Below, one piece after another: positions 25,736 to 32,159 of a stretch of 32,159 bases of DNA. A model generated the notes under the pieces. That model was not told where the DNA came from and did no database searches. It saw only the letters and a program-made list of their open reading frames with translations. The position numbers were made by a program, and so were the translations under genes. The stretch is from the sequence record SRR2962707_1097. One strand, given 5' to 3'. Position 1 is the first letter of the stretch. Every line of letters begins with the position of its first letter.

Positions 25736-26688
25736 GACTGGCGCTTTCCGAAAAGACCTGCTGGGCGGAAGATAAGGATCAGCACCATCAGGATATAGGG
25801 TAGGATGTCAGCGATCTGCGGGCTTGTGAGGCTCCAGAAATCGCGAAAGACGCTGTCGCTCAGGTTTTCGGGCGTCGAAATCCCGATAGAGTTCAGCACG
25901 TCTTCCATTTCGATATTGTACGATTTGGCAAAGGTCGTGATCCAACCGATCAGAAGGGACGCCACCAAAGCCCCCCAAAGGGAGCCAAGCCCGCCGATGA
26001 CGATTGTGACAAACACGATAGACCCAAGCACAAAGGCCATCCCCGGGAAGGTACCCAGAACAGGGCCGGCAATGACACCCGCCAGACCGGCCAGCGCCGT
26101 CCCGACACCAAACACACCCATAAAGATAAGCGGTACGTTATGGCCCAAAGCCTCGACTGTGCGGGGATAGCTAAGAGCGGCCTGAATGATCATACCGACG
26201 CGGGTCTTGGTCAGAATATAAAGCAGCCCGATAAAGATCGCGATCGAGGTGAAGATCATAAAGATTTTATACGCCGGGATGGAGTTCCCTGAGATCGCGA
26301 AGGCGGTAAAGTTCAGCACTTCGGGAACCGAATAGGCCATCTGGTTTTTGCCCCAGACGAATTGAACCATTTCTTCAATCAGCAGGGCCAGCCCGAAGGT
26401 AAAAATAAGTTCGGGTACGTGGCCATATTGGTGGACGCGGCGCAGGCCATAGCGTTCAACACCGGCACCCAGAACACCCACCACAATCGGAGCGATCAAA
26501 AGCCCCATCCAGAAGCCAAGCGCGAGGCTGATCTGATAGGCGAAATACGCGCCGAGCATGTAAAAGCTGGCATGGGCAAAGTTAAGAACACCCATCATCG
26601 AGAAAATTAGGGTCAGACCGGCGGAAAGCATAAACAAAAGCAATCCTGTAACCAGCCCGTCGATCAGATTGACGAGAATGAGGTCCAT
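25732..26688 (-). CDS. ABC transporter permease, LivH-like
   Basis: GLTLIFSMMGVLNFAH, TRVG..I.A, IVIGGLGS..GA and RPAGLFG. Confidence 0.92.
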   Translation of the reverse strand: MDLILVNLIDGLVTGLLLFMLSAGLTLIFSMMGVLNFAHASFYMLGAYFAYQISLALGFWMGLLIAPIVVGVLGAGVERYGLRRVHQYGHVPELIFTFGLALLIEEMVQFVWGKNQMAYSVPEVLNFTAFAISGNSIPAYKIFMIFTSIAIFIGLLYILTKTRVGMIIQAALSYPRTVEALGHNVPLIFMGVFGVGTALAGLAGVIAGPVLGTFPGMAFVLGSIVFVTIVIGGLGSLWGALVASLLIGWITTFAKSYNIEMEDVLNSIGISTPENLSDSVFRDFWSLTSPQIADILPYILMVLILIFRPAGLFGKRQS

Positions 26689-26729
26689 TAGGCCCCTCCA
26701 GTAGAGTGGTGGTAAATGTAAGAGAAAAT

Positions 26730-26758
26730 CGGCCCGTCAGGATGTACCAAACGGGCCG
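26730..26758 (-). terminator. Hairpin CGGCCCGT-N13-ACGGGCCG after the SBP gene, followed by ATTTTCTCTT on the minus strand
   Basis: Typical partial terminator or stabiliser between SBP and permease genes. Confidence 0.6.
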
Positions 26759-26770
26759 GGAAAACGCGGG

Positions 26771-28015
26771 TTAAGGGCGCTTCATCTCGCATGTTGTTGC
26801 GCTGTCCATCGACGCCATTTCAACCGTGGATTCCGTCACAACGCCGAAGCCGGAGTTGTCATAGTCGAAATCAAGGTTTTCATCGGTGTGAACCGCAACG
26901 TGCATGTCTTGGATCGCTTGGTGATCCTGTGGGCGCATAAAGATCTTGCCGCCCCACATGCTGTCATACTCCATACCTTCCAGCTGGCCCGCAACAGCTA
27001 CAACATCAGTTGCAGTACCTGCGGCAGTGATCGCTTTGGAAAGCATGCCGATAACGTTGAAGATACGGCTTTGGTCGATGTTGCCTTCGGGGTATTTCGC
27101 CTCGAACGCTTCATATGTTGCGCGTGCTTCGTCGGATGCGATCGGGTTGATGCCACCTTGGGAAATCAAACGAATGCGACCCTTGCCGCTTTCACCAAAC
27201 GCACCAGTGATGCCGGAACCAGCTGCATAGTAAGTATAGATCGGACCGTTAAAGCCGTTTTCAATGACAGACTTACCCAGACCCAGCATGTCTGCGCCCC
27301 AGTTACCTGTGATGACCGCGTCGGCACCCGAAGATACGATTTTGCGTGCGTAAGGGGTAAAGTCTTTAACCTTGCCGATCGGGTGCAGTTCGTCGCCAAC
27401 GATCTCGATGTCCGGGCGTTTTTCACCCAAAAACTGGTTCGCAGCAGCCGAAACAGCTTTACCAAAGGAATAGTCCTGACCGATCAGGTATACCTTTTTG
27501 ATGCCTTCATCAGCAGCAATAACATCGGTCAACGCGTCCATTTTGATGTCGGCGTTGGCGTCAAAGCGGAAGTGCCAGAAGTTACACTTTTCGTTTGTCA
27601 GAGCCGGATCAACAGCGGCGTAGTTCAGGAACAGAACGCGGCTGTCTGGGTTGCGGCGGTTGTGCTTGTCGACGGCTTCGGTCAGCGCGTTCGCAACACC
27701 CGAGGAGTTGCCCTGTACGATGTAATGGATGCCCTGGTCGATTGCGACCTGCAACTGGATCAGCGATTCTTTCGGGCTGATCTTGTTGTCAAAGGCGACG
27801 ATTTCCACTTGTTGGCCGTCCAACAGGCCGCCATTCGCATTGACCATGTAGTCAGCGGCGAATTCGAACTGGTGCAGACCGTTTGTCCCTGTGCTTGCGA
27901 ACGGGCCAGACAACGGGTCAATGAATGCAATTTTGATGTTTTCGGCAAAGGCAGCGCTTGCGCCCAAGACCAAAGAAAGCGCAGATACAGCGCCCAGTTT
28001 AGTTATGTTTTTCAT
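26771..28015 (-). CDS. ABC transporter substrate-binding protein, LivK/branched-chain amino acid family fold
   Basis: Sec signal (…ASAAFA/E), IDPLSGPFA, QGNSSGVA, CNFWHFRFDA and VITGNWG. GGGAGG RBS. Confidence 0.92.
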   Translation of the reverse strand: MKNITKLGAVSALSLVLGASAAFAENIKIAFIDPLSGPFASTGTNGLHQFEFAADYMVNANGGLLDGQQVEIVAFDNKISPKESLIQLQVAIDQGIHYIVQGNSSGVANALTEAVDKHNRRNPDSRVLFLNYAAVDPALTNEKCNFWHFRFDANADIKMDALTDVIAADEGIKKVYLIGQDYSFGKAVSAAANQFLGEKRPDIEIVGDELHPIGKVKDFTPYARKIVSSGADAVITGNWGADMLGLGKSVIENGFNGPIYTYYAAGSGITGAFGESGKGRIRLISQGGINPIASDEARATYEAFEAKYPEGNIDQSRIFNVIGMLSKAITAAGTATDVVAVAGQLEGMEYDSMWGGKIFMRPQDHQAIQDMHVAVHTDENLDFDYDNSGFGVVTESTVEMASMDSATTCEMKRP

Positions 28016-28228
28016 TTTAATCCTCCCAAGGACGGCCCGGCGCTTTGATGCTTTTTATAGAATGCCAAGCCTTGGCCGGAGCCTTGCATAATGGCTTCCT
28101 TTGTCAAGCGACTCTATTCAAAAGTTGCGGCCAGAAGGGGCAGTTTATGTCATATGTTGCGCAATAAAATCCTTGCTCAATTTATAATCAAATTCACTGT
28201 TGTCGCCCAGTTTTTACGCGCCAAAGTC

Positions 28229-28243
28229 GTTAAGCTTTTGTTA
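28229..28243 (-). promoter_or_regulatory. CtrA-like box TAA-N7-TTAAC
   Basis: Minus strand reads (A)TAA-CAAAAGC-TTAAC in the long intergenic region upstream of the ABC operon. Confidence 0.3.
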
Positions 28244-28399
28244 TTTATATCGTTTCCGCTGTCCCCGAAATTTGAGGCTCTGCAAACAAATTGGACAGCA
28301 TCCTGACAAATGTCCGCCAGACGGATGAGCGAACTTTTTTTGCACTAAGGTCACTTTTTTTCATTGGTACGAATTGGGCGCGGTCAAAACCGCTATGGT

Positions 28400-28437
28400 A
28401 TTCGCAACATGACACAATTTTCGCCGAAAGCGCGAAA
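28400..28437. promoter_or_regulatory. Candidate operators ATTCGCAACATGACA (28400-28414) and TTTCGC-N7-GCGAAA (28419-28437)
   Basis: The first resembles 10492-10506 in reverse complement. The second is a perfect 6-bp dyad. Confidence 0.35.
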
Positions 28438-28493
28438 CCGCGCCAGGTTTTTCCCTTGATTCTGGTATAGGATACCAACGCGATCAGGTCCGG

Positions 28494-29291
28494 TTAAATC
28501 CGGATGCTGATAGCCTCTGCCGCCTTGATCAGACGTTTTGCATAGACTGTCTCAAGCTGCTTCTTTTTGACGTGAAAAGCAGGGCCGCCGATGTTCAGGC
28601 CATAGACAAAAGACCCGTTAGGCGAAAACACGGGCACAGCGATCCCGTTCACATCCGGGCGCCAGTCCCCATAGCTTGAGCAGAACCCTTTTTCCGCGAA
28701 TTCCGTCACCGCTGCTGCATAGCTTTCGCGCCCACGCGTTTCCAGTGCAGCATCGGTTTGCGCAGCGATCGCAAAGGCCCGTTCTCGCATGGTATCGTCC
28801 ATACCCACCATAATGGCGCGGCCAATCGCGGAATCGAACAATGGCAAACGTGACCCGACGCGCATCTGTAATGCGACGTCTTCGCGGGATCGTTTGGTGC
28901 AAATATAAACGACGTCCAGCCGATATGGTTCACCAATAGCGACCGTGATATAAGAGTTTGTCCCGTCCCGCAGCGCCTTCATCTCGTCGGCGGCGCGGTC
29001 GCCAATTTCCATGCTCGACAACACGCCAAAGCCCAGTTGCAGCACCCCCGCACCCAAACGGTAGGTGCCCGTGCGCGGATCGGCGACCAGATAGTCAAGT
29101 TCGCACAATGTGTGGGTCAATCTGGACACCGTCGCCTTGGGCAATCCGGTGCGTTCGGAAAAGTCGGTATTTGTCAGCGCGGATTCATTTTGGCGAAAGC
29201 ATCGCAAAACATCGAGCCCGCGCGCCAAGGCCGTGACAAAGTTTCTATCCTTTGTCTCTGACGGGTCGGTTGCGAACTCGTGGTTTGCCAT
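28494..29291 (-). CDS. IclR-family transcriptional regulator
   Basis: FVTALARGLDVL, TGLPKATVSRLTHTL, GSRLP...SAIGRA and NGIAVPV. Confidence 0.93.
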   Translation of the reverse strand: MANHEFATDPSETKDRNFVTALARGLDVLRCFRQNESALTNTDFSERTGLPKATVSRLTHTLCELDYLVADPRTGTYRLGAGVLQLGFGVLSSMEIGDRAADEMKALRDGTNSYITVAIGEPYRLDVVYICTKRSREDVALQMRVGSRLPLFDSAIGRAIMVGMDDTMRERAFAIAAQTDAALETRGRESYAAAVTEFAEKGFCSSYGDWRPDVNGIAVPVFSPNGSFVYGLNIGGPAFHVKKKQLETVYAKRLIKAAEAISIRI

Positions 29292-29292
29292 T

Positions 29293-30324
29293 TTACTTTC
29301 TTTCCAACGCTTTCAATCCATTAGCGGCAAAGACGGGCACGTAGGCACCGACCTTCATCGCGCGTTCTGGGTTCGACGCGTTGCCATCCAGCGCCCGTTT
29401 TAGCACGCCCTGAATGATGCCCGCCATGCGGAAAAAGCAAAACGCCAGATAGAAACCAAAGTTATCGATCCCGTCCAATCCCCGACGTTCACAATATTTA
29501 GCGATGAATTCCTCGTCCGTCGGCACGCCAAGCGCGCGGCGATCTGCGCCACCAAAACCGCGCCCTTCGGTGCCTGCTGGCATTTGCCACTGCATGATAA
29601 CGGCGGCAAGATCGGCATAGGGATGGCCGATCGTGGACAGTTCCCAATCCAACACCGCCAGACATTTGGTGCCGTCTTTCTCGAACATCATGTTGTCGAT
29701 GCGGTAATCACCATGCACCAGCGTGCGCTGGCCGTCATCGGCTGGAATGCTGGCTGTCAGACGGTCGATCAGCTCGTTCATTGCGGGCTGGTCTTCGGTC
29801 TCGGACGCGCGGTATTGCTTGGTCCAGCGGGCGATCTGGCGCTCGTAATAGTTTCCAGGGGGGCCATAATCCGCCAGCCCGACAGCATTGATGTCGACAT
29901 CATGCAGCGCCGCCAGAACACGGTTCATTTCATCCATGATCCCGGCGCGCACTTCGTTGGTTTCTTCCGGCATGCGCGGGTCCATGAAATTGCGCCCGTT
30001 CACATGGTCCATGATATAGAATGCCGATCCAATGACATCGTCATCTTCACACAGCAGATGCATCTTCGACACCGGCACATCCGTATCCTGCAACGCTTTT
30101 TGCACGCGGAACTCGCGGTCAACCGCGTGGGCAGATTTCAGCAAAACCCCCGGCGGCTTGCGGCGCAGCACGAAATTGCGGCTGGGTGTCTTCAAAAGGA
30201 ACGTCGGGTTTGACTGGCCAGCTTGAAACTTCGACACCTCAAGCGGGCCCTCAAAGCCCTCAAGGTGTTCTTCCAGATAGGCAGTGACCTTTGGAATATC
30301 GAGCGTTTGTGTATCGGTACTCAT
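29293..30324 (-). CDS. APH-fold phosphotransferase, ACAD10/11 N-terminal kinase-domain type
   Basis: GQSNPTF, VLRRKPPG.LL.SAHAVDRE, GL.DYG.PGNYY.RQ..RW.KQY, HGDYRIDN and VLDWELSTIGHP.AD. Confidence 0.9.
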   Translation of the reverse strand: MSTDTQTLDIPKVTAYLEEHLEGFEGPLEVSKFQAGQSNPTFLLKTPSRNFVLRRKPPGVLLKSAHAVDREFRVQKALQDTDVPVSKMHLLCEDDDVIGSAFYIMDHVNGRNFMDPRMPEETNEVRAGIMDEMNRVLAALHDVDINAVGLADYGPPGNYYERQIARWTKQYRASETEDQPAMNELIDRLTASIPADDGQRTLVHGDYRIDNMMFEKDGTKCLAVLDWELSTIGHPYADLAAVIMQWQMPAGTEGRGFGGADRRALGVPTDEEFIAKYCERRGLDGIDNFGFYLAFCFFRMAGIIQGVLKRALDGNASNPERAMKVGAYVPVFAANGLKALERK

Positions 30325-30335
30325 GAGTTCATCCC

Positions 30336-30983
30336 TTAACTATAGGTCAGCATGCCAGCGGCGTCGCCGGACATCATATGTGGTGTCGCGTTGAATTCGT
30401 GCAGGAAAAACGCCGAGTTTGTGAAAACGAATTTGGTGATCGACGTATTCTTGATTTGCAGGTTCAGGGTCATCATCATCTTATCCGGCGCGCCCAGCGA
30501 CGCCGCCGTCAATTGCCCGATCACACCACCCGAACTGACAGCCAATACGCGGTCGGCCCCGGTCGCACAGGCGGCAAGACGCGCCGCTTCGACGCGGCCT
30601 GTGAACGTGCCCCAACTTTCGGTGGGGTTTTCGATCTCATCTGCCTGCCATTGAAATACTGTCTCGCGCAGGGTGCGAAAATGAACCTTGCGGTCACCTT
30701 TGACCAGATCCGGCACTTCGCCTTTGTAGCGGGCGTTCAACAGGTCCTGAAAGTCGTATTCGTTGAACCCTGCGTGTTCTTCGCCCGCCTCGAAACCCAT
30801 CGAGGCAAGCGTTTCTTTTTGGCGGGTCAGGGTGCCCGTGATCGTGCGATCCGGCACCCATCCCATATCTCGAAGTGCCTGACCAACCACCGCAGATTGC
30901 TGGTGTCCAAGGGCCGACAACTTGTCATAGTTGTCAGCCCCGAATGACGCCTGTCCGTGGCGGATGACCAAAAGCTCTCCCAT
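30336..30983 (-). CDS. Histidine phosphatase (phosphoglycerate mutase-like) family protein
   Basis: RHGQASFGA.NYD.LS.LG, L.RQ.ET, NEYD, VSSGG and FN..PH. Confidence 0.88.
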   Translation of the reverse strand: MGELLVIRHGQASFGADNYDKLSALGHQQSAVVGQALRDMGWVPDRTITGTLTRQKETLASMGFEAGEEHAGFNEYDFQDLLNARYKGEVPDLVKGDRKVHFRTLRETVFQWQADEIENPTESWGTFTGRVEAARLAACATGADRVLAVSSGGVIGQLTAASLGAPDKMMMTLNLQIKNTSITKFVFTNSAFFLHEFNATPHMMSGDAAGMLTYS

Positions 30984-30989
30984 GTTGGT

Positions 30990-32159
30990 TTACAGAACCT
31001 CGAACAGGCCAGCAGCACCCATGCCGCCGCCAACACACATGGTGCAGACAACGTATTTGGCACCGCGACGCTTGCCTTCGATCAGCGCGTGGCCAACCAT
31101 GCGTGCGCCCGACATGCCGTAGGGGTGACCGATCGAAATCGCGCCGCCGTTTACGTTCAGCAATTCGTCAGGGATGCCCAGCTTGTCGCGGCAGTACAGA
31201 ACTTGCGACGCAAAAGCTTCGTTCAGCTCCCACAGGCCGATGTCGCTCATCTTCAGGCCATGCGCTTCGAGCAGCTTTGGCACAGCGAAAACCGGACCGA
31301 TGCCCATTTCGTCTGGCTCACAACCAGCGGCCATTACACCAACGTAACGACCCAGCGGGTTCAGACCCTGCTGTTCAGCCAGTTTGGCCTCCATGATCAC
31401 CGAGGCAGACGAGCCGTCAGACAGCTGCGATGCGTTACCGGCGGTGATGAATTTACCCTCTTTGACAACCAGACCGTCTTTGAACACGGGCTGCAAACCA
31501 CCAAGGCTTTCTTTGGACGTGCCGGGGCGGTTGCCTTCATCCTTGGCCAACGTGACCTCGTGGGACGAGATTTCTTTTGTCTCGCGGTCTTGGGTCATCA
31601 TCGTTGTGGTCATCGCGACGATTTCGTCGTCGAACTTGCCAGCCTGTTGCGCCTGATGGGTCAGCTCTTGGCTGCGCGCGGCGTATTCGTCTTGGGCTTC
31701 ACGGCTGATGCCGTAACGCGATGCAACGTTTTCAGCTGTCTCAAGCATGGTAACGTACAGGTCAGGCATGTTTTCCTTAAGGAAAGGGTCTGCCTTGACG
31801 CGCATTTCGGGCGTTTGCACCATGGAAATGCTTTCGACACCACCACCGATTACGATGTCCATACCGTCCATCACGACCTGCTTGGCGGCTGTGGCGATTG
31901 CCATCATGCCAGACGCACATTGACGGTCCAGGGACATACCACCGACCGTGACGGGCAGGCCTGCGCGCATGGCAGCCTGACGAGCGATGTTGCCCGCAGA
32001 ATGACCCTGCTGCAATGCCGCGCCAAACACGCAATCGCTGATTTGGTCCGGGTCAACGCCTGCGCGCTCAACGGCGTGCTGGATGGCATGGCCGCCAAGA
32101 GCCTGAGGTGTCGTGGCATTAAATGCACCGCGATAGGCTTTGCCAATCGGGGTACGGGC
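30990..32159 (-). CDS. Acetyl-CoA C-acyltransferase (thiolase), PimB-like; start lies just beyond the right edge
   Basis: The frame stays open to 32159 ([16 protein letters not shown]...). Motifs DRQCASG (nucleophile Cys), NEAFA, GHPYG and CVGGG. Confidence 0.92.
   Translation of the reverse strand, partial: ARTPIGKAYRGAFNATTPQALGGHAIQHAVERAGVDPDQISDCVFGAALQQGHSAGNIARQAAMRAGLPVTVGGMSLDRQCASGMMAIATAAKQVVMDGMDIVIGGGVESISMVQTPEMRVKADPFLKENMPDLYVTMLETAENVASRYGISREAQDEYAARSQELTHQAQQAGKFDDEIVAMTTTMMTQDRETKEISSHEVTLAKDEGNRPGTSKESLGGLQPVFKDGLVVKEGKFITAGNASQLSDGSSASVIMEAKLAEQQGLNPLGRYVGVMAAGCEPDEMGIGPVFAVPKLLEAHGLKMSDIGLWELNEAFASQVLYCRDKLGIPDELLNVNGGAISIGHPYGMSGARMVGHALIEGKRRGAKYVVCTMCVGGGMGAAGLFEVL

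Noticed and set aside
26888-28048. 386-aa plus-strand ORF
   Set aside because: Antisense shadow of the ABC substrate-binding protein, with no motifs.
28091-28478. Small ORFs of 71 aa (+) and 77 aa (-) in the long intergenic region
   Set aside because: AT-rich atypical codon usage, no clear RBS and no motifs. They cannot be supported.
29293-30324. Aminoglycoside phosphotransferase resistance gene
   Set aside because: Motifs are those of the ACAD10/11-type kinase subfamily, and the gene sits in an acyl-CoA operon.
1-32159. Mobile elements, CRISPR arrays, tandem repeats, tRNA/rRNA, defence or phage genes
   Set aside because: None seen. Nearly all the sequence is explained by intact metabolic genes, and the intergenic gaps show only short dyads.

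Overview
A densely coding, GC-rich alphaproteobacterial chromosomal segment (Rhodobacteraceae/roseobacter-like by protein style; this is inference) made of three adjacent catabolic modules. No mobile element, CRISPR array, rRNA or tRNA is visible. (1) 1-6334: Eubacterium barkeri/Azorhizobium-type reductive nicotinate catabolism: hnr (partial, absent from the ORF track), a fused NdhS-L-M molybdenum hydroxylase, ndhF, an embedded ferredoxin-NADP reductase and a divergent enamidase. (2) 6341-10361: an incomplete hydroxycinnamate (cou/fer-like) module: CouO-like hydrolase, CouA-like crotonase, orphan TRAP solute-binding protein, MarR and DUF3237, with a shared candidate operator TGYTM-N7-GAACA. 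(3) 10623-32159: a ~21.5 kb convergent acyl-CoA/beta-oxidation supercluster with an IclR regulator and a LIV-type ABC importer. It encodes, as separate genes, both halves of the ACAD10/11 (LvaA/LvaC-like) 4-phosphoacyl-CoA chemistry: an APH-fold kinase and an Asp-base acyl-CoA dehydrogenase. It also encodes a histidine phosphatase, two SDRs, two CoA ligases, two candidate ester/lactone hydrolases, TesB and a PimB-like thiolase. This module is my best candidate for an undescribed system: a lactone/4-hydroxy-/4-oxo-acid catabolic pathway. Notable cis elements include an RBS-sequestering terminator-like hairpin, a 15-codon coupled leader ORF, hairpins with stop codons in their loops, and a CtrA-like box. 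All family assignments come from motif recognition, not from database searches.
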